Source of the DNA: Clostridia bacterium
GTDB taxonomy: Bacteria > Bacillota > Clostridia > Oscillospirales > CAG-272
Length of the DNA: 64,000 nucleotides
Reading direction: 5' to 3'
Assembly: GCA_017462035.1 (NCBI GenBank)
Contig: JAFTRY010000007.1
Span: 81,048-145,047, forward strand
Position numbers and translations under genes: made by a program. Positions within the stretch are counted from its first letter, which is position 1; each line of letters opens with the position of its first letter. Positions 39,856 through 48,961 of this stretch are shown here, piece by piece. The notes beneath the pieces are model-generated. The model was given only the letters and a program-made list of their open reading frames with translations, did no database searches and was not told where the DNA came from.

Positions 39856-40221
39856 ATGCAAATACGAGAGATTGCGAAGCTTTTGAACGCAAAGGTGCTT
39901 TGCGGCGAGGAGCATTTGGACAGAGAAGTCAAATCCGCTTGTGGTTGCGATATGATGAGTGATGTTCTCGCGTTCGTAAAAGATCAAGCCGTGTTGATCA
40001 CAGGATTGTGCAACCCTCAGGTTGTTCGAACCGCGATGATGATGGATATGAGATGTATCGTTTTTGTGCGCGGAAAAAATCCGCCTCAGGAGGTTATTGA
40101 TCTGGCATGTAGTGCCGGAATTGTTGTTCTTGCGTCCGACGAAAGAATGTATACCGCTTGCGGTACGTTATATGTAAACGGTCTTGCCGGAGGTGCTGAG
40201 GTTCATGACAGAGCATGTTAA
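39856..40221 (+). CDS. DRTGG domain protein
   Basis: A 121 aa protein with GCDMMSDVLAF...VLITGLCNPQVVRTA, matching the DRTGG pattern. This is the usual first gene of [FeFe]-hydrogenase sensory clusters. Confidence 0.8.
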   Translation: MQIREIAKLLNAKVLCGEEHLDREVKSACGCDMMSDVLAFVKDQAVLITGLCNPQVVRTAMMMDMRCIVFVRGKNPPQEVIDLACSAGIVVLASDERMYTACGTLYVNGLAGGAEVHDRAC

Positions 40222-40627
40222 CTTTCACTTTGAAATAGATGGAGAAAATTTTACGTCCGCCGGAGAAGCATCGGTGCGAATTAAAAAGAATCTTCGTGAG
40301 ATGGGTTTCTCTCCTGAAATCATTCGACGCGTTTCAGTTGCCATGTATGAAGGCGAGATTAATATGGTAATTCATGCCAACGGCGGAACCGCTGACGTGG
40401 ATATTTATTGTGATCGGATCGAAATTGTTCTCTCTGATCGCGGTCCTGGGATTTCAAATATTGAACTCGCCATGCAAGAGGGATATTCTACAGCACCTGA
40501 AAATGTCCGCTCTCTTGGCTTTGGAGCAGGCATGGGGTTGCCGAATATGAAGCGTTACACCGACGATATGAAAATAGAATCAAAGGTAGGCGAAGGAACA
40601 ACCATTTCCATGACGGTTTGGGTTTAG
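40205..40627 (+). CDS. RsbW/SpoIIAB-like serine protein kinase (HATPase_c, anti-sigma regulatory factor type)
   Basis: N-box EGEINMVIHA, G1 DRGPGI and G2 GFGAGMGLPN. It overlaps the upstream gene by 17 nt. Confidence 0.8.
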   Translation: MTEHVNFHFEIDGENFTSAGEASVRIKKNLREMGFSPEIIRRVSVAMYEGEINMVIHANGGTADVDIYCDRIEIVLSDRGPGISNIELAMQEGYSTAPENVRSLGFGAGMGLPNMKRYTDDMKIESKVGEGTTISMTVWV

Positions 40628-40652
40628 ACGCTTGTCCTAAGAGGGGGTTACG

Positions 40653-41921
40653 ATGTCCCATAATAAACATTCGGTCACCCTGGATATATCAAAATGTAAA
40701 GGGTGCACCAATTGTATCAAGCGATGTCCAACGGAAGCGATTCGCGTCAGAGACGGTCATGCAGTTATAAAGGAAGACCGATGCATTGATTGCGGCGAGT
40801 GCATCCGTGTATGTCCCTATCAAGCAAAAAAAGCTACATACGATAAGTTTGAGGATTTCTCCCACTACCGCTACAAAATTGCCATTCCTGCCCCTGCCTT
40901 GTACGGGCAGTTTGAAGATCTGGAAGATGTAGATGAGGTGTTAACCGCTCTTCTTCAGTGCGGCTTTGATGCCGTTTTTGAGGTTTCTCGTGCTGCCGAA
41001 TTGGTAACGGAATACACCCGTCGTTATATGAAAAAATTGGACATAGAAAAACCGGTAATCAGTTCCGCATGTCCTGCAATTGTACGGTTGATCGCAATGC
41101 GTTTTCCTTATCTGAAAGATAATTTACTCCCCCTGCTTCCCCCCATTGAATATGCGGCAAGACTGGCTCGCAGAGAAGCTCAAGAAAGCCATCCCGATCT
41201 GACAGATGATGATATCTGCGTATTGTTTATTTCTCCGTGTCCCGCCAAGGTCAGCTATGTAAGAAATCCATTGGGCGTAGAGAAGAGTGCCGTATCAGGT
41301 ACTCTTGCCATTCATGATTTTTATTTTCGAATTCGTTCCAAGCGAAAGGAGATCACCACTCCGTTGCCCTTGTCTCAGACCGGGATTATCGGTTTAAACT
41401 GGGCAAGCTCGGGCGGAGAATCCACCTCTTTACTGTCCGATAAATATTTGGCGGCGGATGGAATTGAAAACTGTATTCATGTTTTGGACGAAATTGAAAA
41501 TGGAACTCTGCACAATCTGGAGTTCGTAGAATTGAATGCTTGTATCGGAGGCTGTGTGGGTGGAACTTTAAATGTTGAGAACCCCTTTATAGCAAAGGCA
41601 AGGCTGCGATCTCTCAGAAAGTATCTTCCCATTTCCCGAAATCACGCGGAAATATCGGAGCAAATTCCCAACGATCTGTTCCTCACATCCGATTTGGAGG
41701 TAGATGCTTCCTCCAAGCTGTCGGAGGATCGTATGACGGCAATCACAAAAATGGCAGCAATAGAACAAATTTACCGAACACTTCCTCATCTGGACTGCGG
41801 CTCCTGCGGAGCACCCAGTTGCCATGCCTTGGCGGAAGATATCGTCAAGGGAGAAGCCTCAGAAACCGATTGTCTGATTCAACTGCGCGAACATTTTGAG
41901 AAACAAGAACCGAATGTTTGA
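40653..41921 (+). CDS. Sensory [FeFe]-hydrogenase-like protein (HydS-type)
   Basis: Domain order is two ferredoxin-type 4Fe-4S sites, an H-cluster domain, then a C-terminal 4-Cys module. The ferredoxin sites are CKGCTNCIKRCP and CIDCGECIRVCP. The H-domain motifs are SSACPA, SPCPAKV and ELNACIGGCVGG. The C-terminal module is CGSCGAPSC...C. Confidence 0.85.
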   Translation: MSHNKHSVTLDISKCKGCTNCIKRCPTEAIRVRDGHAVIKEDRCIDCGECIRVCPYQAKKATYDKFEDFSHYRYKIAIPAPALYGQFEDLEDVDEVLTALLQCGFDAVFEVSRAAELVTEYTRRYMKKLDIEKPVISSACPAIVRLIAMRFPYLKDNLLPLLPPIEYAARLARREAQESHPDLTDDDICVLFISPCPAKVSYVRNPLGVEKSAVSGTLAIHDFYFRIRSKRKEITTPLPLSQTGIIGLNWASSGGESTSLLSDKYLAADGIENCIHVLDEIENGTLHNLEFVELNACIGGCVGGTLNVENPFIAKARLRSLRKYLPISRNHAEISEQIPNDLFLTSDLEVDASSKLSEDRMTAITKMAAIEQIYRTLPHLDCGSCGAPSCHALAEDIVKGEASETDCLIQLREHFEKQEPNV

Positions 41922-41936
41922 TAGGAGGCTCAGAGA

Positions 41937-42263
41937 ATGACCGTAAAAGAACTTGCAAAACAATTTGAATATGAGATTCTTTGTGTCCCTGATCCTGACA
42001 GAGAGGTAGAGGGCGGCTATACGGGTGATCTTCTCAGTTGGGTCATGGGACGGCTGGAGAGTGGAAACGCGTGGGTGACCATCATGTCCAACATCAACGT
42101 TATCGCCGTTGCTGCCTTGGCTGATCCTGCATGTATTATTCTTTCGGAGCAGGTAACACCGGATGAAGGTGTGTTAGAACGAGCCGAAGTTCAAGGAATC
42201 AATTTGCTCCGCACGTCAAAATCCAGTTTTGACGTTTGCGCGGAGCTCGCCTCGATATCATGA
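41937..42263 (+). CDS. DRTGG domain protein (second copy)
   Basis: A 108 aa protein with GYTGDLLSWVM...NINVIAVAALA. Confidence 0.8.
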   Translation: MTVKELAKQFEYEILCVPDPDREVEGGYTGDLLSWVMGRLESGNAWVTIMSNINVIAVAALADPACIILSEQVTPDEGVLERAEVQGINLLRTSKSSFDVCAELASIS

Positions 42264-42997
42264 ATCCCTATTATTATGATCTACATGTCCACTCCTGTCT
42301 GTCACCTTGTGCCGATGACGATATGACCCCCAACAACATTGTCGGCATGGCAGCGTTGAAAGGGCTTACGCTGTTAGCGCTAACCGATCACAATTCCTGT
42401 AAGAATTGCCCCGCTTTTTTTGATGCCTGTCGATCACAAGGGATCGTTCCTGTTGCCGGAATGGAGTTAACAACAGCCGAGGATATTCATCTACTTTGTC
42501 TCTTTGAACATTTGGAGGAAGCCATGGCTTTTGACAGGGAAGTAACGAAGCACTTAATGTCGGTGAAAAACCGCCCGGAGATCTTCGGGAATCAGTGGAT
42601 TTTAGATAATCAGGACGATATAATCGGTAAGGAAGAAAGGCTACTGATTTCCGCCACTGATCTTTGGATGGAAGATGCATTAGAGCTAGCCAAAAAATTC
42701 GGAGCTCACGTACATCCGGCTCATATTGACCGGGAATCAAACGGAATTGTTGCTATCCTGGGAAGTATTCCGGCTGAGTATGAATTTACCCATTTTGAAT
42801 TTAACTGTGCTTCCAATTTTAGTAGCTATCACGAGCGTTTTCCCTATCTTGAGACCACAAACGTGTTGATTTGCTCTGATGCGCATCATTTATGGGATAT
42901 TAACGAAGCGGAGCATTATTTGATGCTTGAGGATGAGCCATACAGCTCCTCCTTGGTTCGTAAAAAGTTGTTTGAATTGCTCACCAGGCGAAAATAA
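42260..42997 (+). CDS. PHP-domain metal-dependent phosphoesterase
   Basis: YDLHVHSCLSPC and ALTDHNS are PHP motifs. ATGA overlap with the upstream stop. Confidence 0.85.
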   Translation: MNPYYYDLHVHSCLSPCADDDMTPNNIVGMAALKGLTLLALTDHNSCKNCPAFFDACRSQGIVPVAGMELTTAEDIHLLCLFEHLEEAMAFDREVTKHLMSVKNRPEIFGNQWILDNQDDIIGKEERLLISATDLWMEDALELAKKFGAHVHPAHIDRESNGIVAILGSIPAEYEFTHFEFNCASNFSSYHERFPYLETTNVLICSDAHHLWDINEAEHYLMLEDEPYSSSLVRKKLFELLTRRK

Positions 42998-43057
42998 AAA
43001 CATTGGGATTTATTATTAAAAATAAATTAAAATAAAATATGGAGGATTTTTTTCATC

Positions 43058-43552
43058 ATGAAAAAGAATTTGACCACAGTAATGTTTCGTGGTACAAAGG
43101 CTCAGGAAGAGCAGCTTTATGCTGTAATTGATGAGTACCGCGACACACCCGGTGCCTTGATGCCCGTGCTTCAAAAAGCGCAGGATATTTACGGTTATCT
43201 ACCGTACGAGGTCCAACGTATGATTGCTTTGAGAATGGGAATTTCCATGGAAGAGGTTTACGGCGTTGCCACCTTCTACTCGCAGTTCGTATTGAACCCT
43301 AAGGGTGATGTCGCGATTGCTGTTTGTCTGGGAACCGCTTGCTATGTAAAGGGAAGCGGTGAGATCTTGGATAAGATCACGCAGATCCTCGGTTTACCTT
43401 CCGGCTCCACCACCTCTGACGGAAAGTACTCCCTGGAGGCTACCCGTTGTATCGGTGCCTGCGGACTCGCACCCGTTCTTACTATCAACAATGAAGTTTA
43501 CGGAAGATTGGTTCCTTCCGATATGGAAGGTATTCTTGCTAAATACAAATAA
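43058..43552 (+). CDS. hydC: NuoE-like [2Fe-2S] subunit of electron-bifurcating hydrogenase (HydC)
   Basis: ALMPVLQKAQDIYGYL, CLGTACYVKG and CIGACGLAP, which form the NuoE/Nqo2 cluster motif. Confidence 0.9.
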   Translation: MKKNLTTVMFRGTKAQEEQLYAVIDEYRDTPGALMPVLQKAQDIYGYLPYEVQRMIALRMGISMEEVYGVATFYSQFVLNPKGDVAIAVCLGTACYVKGSGEILDKITQILGLPSGSTTSDGKYSLEATRCIGACGLAPVLTINNEVYGRLVPSDMEGILAKYK

Positions 43553-43558
43553 TCGATT

Positions 43559-44122
43559 ATGAAGGAATTGTCTCTGAATATTTTGGACGTTGCAAAAAAT
43601 TCGGTGCGAGCAGGTGCATCACTGATTCACATTTCACTGATGACAGATACAAATGCTTGGTTGACCTTACGGATTGTAGATAACGGATGTGGGATGGATC
43701 ATGAAACACTTCACCGCGTAACAGATCCCTTTTACACCACAAGAACCACCCGAAAGGTGGGCTTAGGGTTGCCGCTGTTAAAGTTAGCAGCTGAACAAAC
43801 GGGAGGCTCGCTTTCCATTGAGTCATCTGTTCAGGTACCGCACAATGGAACCACACTGGAGGCAAGATTTGATACCAGTAGCATCGACTGTATGCCGCTG
43901 GGAGATATTATTTCCACCGTGTGCATCTTAATTGCGGGAAGTCCCGAGATTGATTTTGTCTTCACTGATTCATCGGACCACCACAGTGTATCCCTGGATA
44001 CGCGGGAGATCCGTCAGGTATTGGGTGACGGAATTTCTTTAGCAGAACCGGAGATTCAACAATGGATACAAGAATATTTAACAGAGCAATATACTTCAGA
44101 GTCTCAACAACAAACGGATTAA
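43559..44122 (+). CDS. Stand-alone HATPase_c (histidine-kinase-like ATPase) protein
   Basis: LNILDVAKNSVRAGA (N-box), DNGCGM (G1) and GLGLPLL (G2). It has no HisKA/DHp or sensor domain. Confidence 0.8.
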   Translation: MKELSLNILDVAKNSVRAGASLIHISLMTDTNAWLTLRIVDNGCGMDHETLHRVTDPFYTTRTTRKVGLGLPLLKLAAEQTGGSLSIESSVQVPHNGTTLEARFDTSSIDCMPLGDIISTVCILIAGSPEIDFVFTDSSDHHSVSLDTREIRQVLGDGISLAEPEIQQWIQEYLTEQYTSESQQQTD

Positions 44123-44150
44123 TTTTTTGAAAATAAATGGAGGAACTACT

Positions 44151-44525
44151 ATGAAATCTTTGGCGGAACTTGCCGCAATCAGAGAAAAGATGCAGAGCAA
44201 GGTCGTTATTCGCGAGGGGAATGCGACAACCAGAGTAGTGGTTGGTATGGCTACCTGTGGAATCGCGGCTGGGGCAAGACCTGTTTTGAATGCTTTTGTG
44301 GATAGCGTCAACAAAGAAGCACTGACCGACAAGGTTACTGTTACGCAAACTGGATGCATCGGTATTTGTCAGTATGAGCCCGTCGTGGAGGTTTTTGAAG
44401 AAGGCAAGGAAAAGGTTACTTACGTAAAACTGGATGCAGCAAAAGCGGTAGAGATCGTTGAGAAGCATTTGAAGGGCGGAAACGTAGTAACAGAATACAC
44501 CATTGGCGCTTACGAGAAAGACTAA
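44151..44525 (+). CDS. Thioredoxin-like [2Fe-2S] ferredoxin
   Basis: VVGMATCGIAAG and GCIGICQYEP. ATG at 44151 follows GGAGG. Confidence 0.85.
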   Translation: MKSLAELAAIREKMQSKVVIREGNATTRVVVGMATCGIAAGARPVLNAFVDSVNKEALTDKVTVTQTGCIGICQYEPVVEVFEEGKEKVTYVKLDAAKAVEIVEKHLKGGNVVTEYTIGAYEKD

Positions 44526-44552
44526 TTTGACGGAAAGGGTAAGGAAAGGAAA

Positions 44553-46370
44553 ATGATTAGATCACATGTTTTGATTTGTGGCGGTACCGGCTGTACCTCT
44601 TCCGGAAGTCTAAAGCTTCAGGAAGCCATGAACACCGAGCTTGCTACATATGGTCTGCAGGACGAGGTCAAGGTCGTCTTAACCGGATGCTTTGGTCTTT
44701 GCGCGCTGGGACCGGTTATGATTGTATATCCCGAAGGAACTTTCTACAGCAACGTAAAGCTTGAAGATATCCATGAAATTGTAGAAGAGCATCTGTTAAA
44801 GGGACGTCCCGTGGAGCGCCTCGTTTACCATGAGGCGAAGAGCGAGGATATTCACCACGCCACCTCTCTTTCTGAAACGACCTTCTATAAAAAGCAGAAG
44901 AGAGTCGCTCTGAGAAACTGCGGTGTCATTAACCCCGAAAACATTGACGAGTACATCGCAATGGATGGATACGCTGCACTGGGAAAGGTTCTGACCGAAA
45001 TGACTCCCGATGACGTAATCCAGACGATTCTGGACTCCGGTCTCCGCGGAAGAGGAGGCGGCGGATTCCCCACAGGTCTAAAATGGAAGTTTGCTTCCGG
45101 CAACCGAGGAAACGTTCAGAAATACATCGGCTGTAATGCGGACGAGGGAGATCCTGGCGCGTTCATGGATCGTTCCATTCTTGAGGGAGACCCCCACGCC
45201 GTTTTGGAGGCAATGGCGATTGCCGGATACGCAATCGGTGCCGACGAGGGCTATATTTATGTCCGCGCAGAGTATCCTATCGCAATTCACCGTTTGGAGG
45301 TTGCCATCAAGCAGGCGCGTGAATACGGTTTGCTGGGAAAGGATATTTTTGGAACAGGCTTTAACTTTGATATTCAGCTTCGCTTTGGTGCAGGTGCATT
45401 TGTATGCGGTGAGGAAACTGCCCTGATGACCTCTATCGAGGGTAATCGCGGTGAGCCTCGTCCTCGTCCTCCGTTCCCCGCAGTCAAGGGTCTGTTCGGT
45501 CAACCCACCGTTCTTAACAATGTTGAGACCTATGCCAATATTCCCCAGATCATTCTGAAGGGTGTTGATTGGTTCAAGTCTATGGGTACTGAAAAATCTA
45601 AAGGAACCAAAGTTTTTGCGCTTGGCGGTAAGATCACAAACACCGGCTTGGTGGAGGTTCCCATGGGAACGACTCTGCGTGAGGTAGTAGAAGAAATCGG
45701 TGGCGGTATTCCCACCGGAAAGAAATTCAAAGCAGCGCAAACCGGCGGTCCTTCCGGTGGATGTATCCCCGCATCCTTGATCGATACCCCCATCGACTAC
45801 GATAACCTGATTGCCATTGGATCTATGATGGGTTCGGGTGGATTGATCGTTATGGACGAGGACACCTGTATGGTTGACCTGGCACGCTTCTTCTTGGAGT
45901 TCACCGTGGATGAATCCTGCGGTAAATGTACTCCTTGCCGTGTAGGTACTCGGAGATTGCTGGAGATTCTGGATAAGATCATCGCCGGAAACGGTGAAAT
46001 GGAGGATCTTGACAGGCTGGAAGAGCTATCTAACTATATCAAGAGCGCGTCTTTGTGCGGTTTGGGTCAGACTGCTCCTAACCCTGTACTTTCCACGCTT
46101 CGTTACTTCAGAGATGAGTATGTTGCTCATATCGTGGACAAGAAGTGTCCCGCCGGCGTATGTAAGAGCCTGCTACAGTTCAAGATTGATGCGGATAAGT
46201 GTATCGGTTGCGGCATGTGTGCCAAGAACTGTCCTGCGGACGCAATCGCAAGAACGGATTATATTGCTCCCGGTCACAAGCTCGCTTCCTTCGCCATCGA
46301 TCCCAAGAAGTGCGTAAAGTGCGGAGCATGTATGGAAAAATGTAAGCCCCATGCAATTTATAAGGACTAA
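44553..46370 (+). CDS. hydB: NuoF-like NAD(H)/FMN-binding subunit of bifurcating hydrogenase (HydB)
   Basis: N-terminal 2Fe-2S region (CGGTGC...GCFGLC), GRGGGGFPTGLKW, ESCGKCTPCR, and two C-terminal 4Fe-4S ferredoxin motifs. Confidence 0.92.
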   Translation: MIRSHVLICGGTGCTSSGSLKLQEAMNTELATYGLQDEVKVVLTGCFGLCALGPVMIVYPEGTFYSNVKLEDIHEIVEEHLLKGRPVERLVYHEAKSEDIHHATSLSETTFYKKQKRVALRNCGVINPENIDEYIAMDGYAALGKVLTEMTPDDVIQTILDSGLRGRGGGGFPTGLKWKFASGNRGNVQKYIGCNADEGDPGAFMDRSILEGDPHAVLEAMAIAGYAIGADEGYIYVRAEYPIAIHRLEVAIKQAREYGLLGKDIFGTGFNFDIQLRFGAGAFVCGEETALMTSIEGNRGEPRPRPPFPAVKGLFGQPTVLNNVETYANIPQIILKGVDWFKSMGTEKSKGTKVFALGGKITNTGLVEVPMGTTLREVVEEIGGGIPTGKKFKAAQTGGPSGGCIPASLIDTPIDYDNLIAIGSMMGSGGLIVMDEDTCMVDLARFFLEFTVDESCGKCTPCRVGTRRLLEILDKIIAGNGEMEDLDRLEELSNYIKSASLCGLGQTAPNPVLSTLRYFRDEYVAHIVDKKCPAGVCKSLLQFKIDADKCIGCGMCAKNCPADAIARTDYIAPGHKLASFAIDPKKCVKCGACMEKCKPHAIYKD

Positions 46371-46382
46371 GAAAGGAGAACA

Positions 46383-48131
46383 GTGGAAATGGAAACCATT
46401 AACGTTAAAATTAACGGCGTAGAATATGCTGTACCCAAGGGTTCCACGGTTCTTGAGGCTGCTAAGGCGGCTAAGATAGACATCCCCACCCTTTGTTACT
46501 TGAAAGATATCAACGAAATCGGCGCATGCCGTCTGTGTCTCGTTGAAGTCTCTGAGGGAGGACGTCCCTTCCGTTTGGTTACCGCTTGCGTATATCCTGT
46601 AACCGAGGGAATGGAAGTTCTCACCAATACTCCCAAAATCAATAAATCCAGAAAGACCAACCTGGAGCTCTTGCTTTCCAACCATGACCGTCAGTGTCTG
46701 TCCTGTGTTCGTAGCACCACCTGTGAGTTGCAGAAGCTCTGTTTGGAGTACGGTGTTGACGAAAACAAGTTTGCAGGAGTGAAGAACGAATATAAGATTG
46801 ACCGTTCAACCCCTATTATTCGTGATAACAACAAGTGTATCCTCTGCCGTCGTTGTGTAGCAGCATGTCAGAAGGTTCAGGGAATCGGCGTGATCGGTGC
46901 CAATGACAGAGGCTTTGACACTCACATCGGCTCCATCTTCGAGCAGACCCTGTCCGAGACCAGCTGTATCAACTGCGGACAGTGTATCGTGGCATGTCCC
47001 GTTGGCGCGCTCTATGAGAGAGACGATACCGATAAGGTATTGGATGCCATCGCGGATCCCAACAAGCACGTCCTCATCTGTACCGCTCCCTCCGTGCGTG
47101 CGCAGATCGGCGAATGCTTCGGCTATGAGCCCGGTACCGACTGCGAGGGTAAGATGGTAGCAGCGCTGAAGCGTCTGGGCTTCGACGGTGTCTATGACAT
47201 GAACCTAACCGCTGACCTGACCATTATGGAAGAAGCAACCGAGTTCCTCGGAAGAGTAAAGAATGGCGGAGCACTCCCCATGATCACCTCTTGCTCTCCC
47301 GGATGGATCAAGTACTGTGAGCATTACTATCCTGAGTTTACCGAGAATCTGTCTACCTGTAAATCTCCTCAGCAGATGTTTGGCGCAATTGCCAAGACCT
47401 ACTACGCTGAGAAAATGGGATGGAAACCTGAGGATATCTTCTTCGTTTCCGCTATTCCTTGTACCGCCAAGAAGTTCGAGGTAGGGAGACCCGGTCAGTC
47501 CGCAGCAGGCGTACCTGACGTTGATGTAGCAATCACCACCCGTGAGGTTGGCAGAATGATCGCTAAAGCCGGTATCGATTTCAGATCTCTGGCTGACGAA
47601 GCATTTGACGATCCCTTCGCATTTGGAAGCGGAGCGGGAGCGATCTTTGGCGCAACCGGCGGTGTAATGGAGGCAGCACTCCGCACCGCGGCTGAGGTTA
47701 TCGAAAATAAGCCTCTTGAAAAGCTCGACTTCACCGAGGTCCGCGGCGTTGAGGGCGTGAAGACCGCTTCCTATAAGCTGGGTGACATTACCTTGAACGT
47801 AGCGGTAGCTTCCGGTACTGCTAATGCAAAGAAGGTTTTGGATGCTGTAAAGGCAGGTAAGCTTGACGTTCAGTTCATCGAAATCATGGCATGTCCCGGC
47901 GGATGCGTCAACGGTGGAGGTCAGCCCATTCAGCCTGCGGTTGTTCGCATGAACACTGACTTAAGAGCCGTTAGAGCCGCTGTTCTTTACAACGACGACG
48001 TGAACTGCGACGTTCGTAAGTCTCACGAGAACTCCGCTGTAAAGAAACTGTATGATGAGTTCTTTGGCGAGCCCAATAGCCATAAGGCACACGAGATTTT
48101 GCATACCCACTACGTAAAACGCGGTCTGTAA
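46383..48131 (+). CDS. hydA: [FeFe] hydrogenase catalytic subunit (HydA, group A trimeric type)
   Basis: N-terminal 2Fe-2S and His-ligated/4Fe-4S domains. H-cluster motifs are TSCSPGW, IPCTAKKFE and EIMACPGGCVNGGGQP. Confidence 0.92.
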   Translation: MEMETINVKINGVEYAVPKGSTVLEAAKAAKIDIPTLCYLKDINEIGACRLCLVEVSEGGRPFRLVTACVYPVTEGMEVLTNTPKINKSRKTNLELLLSNHDRQCLSCVRSTTCELQKLCLEYGVDENKFAGVKNEYKIDRSTPIIRDNNKCILCRRCVAACQKVQGIGVIGANDRGFDTHIGSIFEQTLSETSCINCGQCIVACPVGALYERDDTDKVLDAIADPNKHVLICTAPSVRAQIGECFGYEPGTDCEGKMVAALKRLGFDGVYDMNLTADLTIMEEATEFLGRVKNGGALPMITSCSPGWIKYCEHYYPEFTENLSTCKSPQQMFGAIAKTYYAEKMGWKPEDIFFVSAIPCTAKKFEVGRPGQSAAGVPDVDVAITTREVGRMIAKAGIDFRSLADEAFDDPFAFGSGAGAIFGATGGVMEAALRTAAEVIENKPLEKLDFTEVRGVEGVKTASYKLGDITLNVAVASGTANAKKVLDAVKAGKLDVQFIEIMACPGGCVNGGGQPIQPAVVRMNTDLRAVRAAVLYNDDVNCDVRKSHENSAVKKLYDEFFGEPNSHKAHEILHTHYVKRGL

Positions 48132-48208
48132 TTTCTGATCAATACTCCGGCAGAATTCCAGTTCTGCCGGAGTAAAAAAATATCAACGAAATAAGGGAAG
48201 GGAAAGCT

Positions 48209-48811
48209 ATGAAAGCACTGGAGCAAAAAATCATTTCCGAAGGAAAAATTTTTGAGGGAGACGTGTTGAAGGTAGATTGCTTTCTCAACCACCAGATTGA
48301 CGTTGCCTTTCTGAACGAGATTGGGAAAGAATTCTTCCGCTTATATCAACCCGAGGGCATTAATAAAATTTTGACCATTGAGGCATCCGGAATAGGAGTG
48401 GCTTGTGTAACGGCTTTGAATTTTGATCCGGCTCTCCCGGTTGTATTCGCAAAAAAAAGCTCCGCCAAAAACGTAGGAGCTAATTTATATCAATCAAAAG
48501 TAGAATCCTATACACATGGGCGGACATACGACGTAGTGGTTTCAAAGGATTATTTGAAGGAAAATGACCGTGTACTGATCATTGACGATTTTTTGGCAAA
48601 GGGAAGTGCTCTAATGGCACTGACAGACCTCTGCCGCCAAGCTAAAGCAACCGTGATCGGAATTGGAATCGTGATCGAAAAGGCATATCAAGGCGGAGGC
48701 GCACTTCTTCGTCAACAAGGATTCCGGATTGAGTCTTTGGCAAAAATTGAATCCATGAATACCGTCGACGGAATTATTTTTGCCAACCCCAACGAAACGA
48801 ACAGTAAATAA
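48209..48811 (+). CDS. xpt: Xanthine phosphoribosyltransferase
   Basis: MKALEQKIISEGKI..VLKVDCFLNHQID and the PRPP loop VLIIDDFLAKGSA. Confidence 0.9.
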   Translation: MKALEQKIISEGKIFEGDVLKVDCFLNHQIDVAFLNEIGKEFFRLYQPEGINKILTIEASGIGVACVTALNFDPALPVVFAKKSSAKNVGANLYQSKVESYTHGRTYDVVVSKDYLKENDRVLIIDDFLAKGSALMALTDLCRQAKATVIGIGIVIEKAYQGGGALLRQQGFRIESLAKIESMNTVDGIIFANPNETNSK

Positions 48812-48961
48812 TATTCCGTACATCCATCGACAATATAGTAAACATCCGCATGGAACACCGTGGGGATGTTTTTTAAAAAAATTGAGAAAAGAATTGACAT
48901 TATTTTGGGGATATGTTATAATGTTATAAAAGAATTTCAATTTTTTCTAACGAGGTAAAAA

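Noticed and set aside
45078-45740. A 220-aa minus-strand ORF inside hydB, plus other antisense ORFs within the hydrogenase genes.
   Set aside because: They are antisense to NuoF-like and HydA genes that have complete cofactor motifs. They are shadow ORFs.
48132-48208. I expected a purine (guanine/xanthine) riboswitch in front of xpt.
   Set aside because: The gap is only 77 nt. It contains a simple hairpin (CTCCGGCAGAA...TTCTGCCGGAG) and lacks the conserved purine-riboswitch core and three-way junction sequences. xpt may instead be read through from hydA or use a short promoter.
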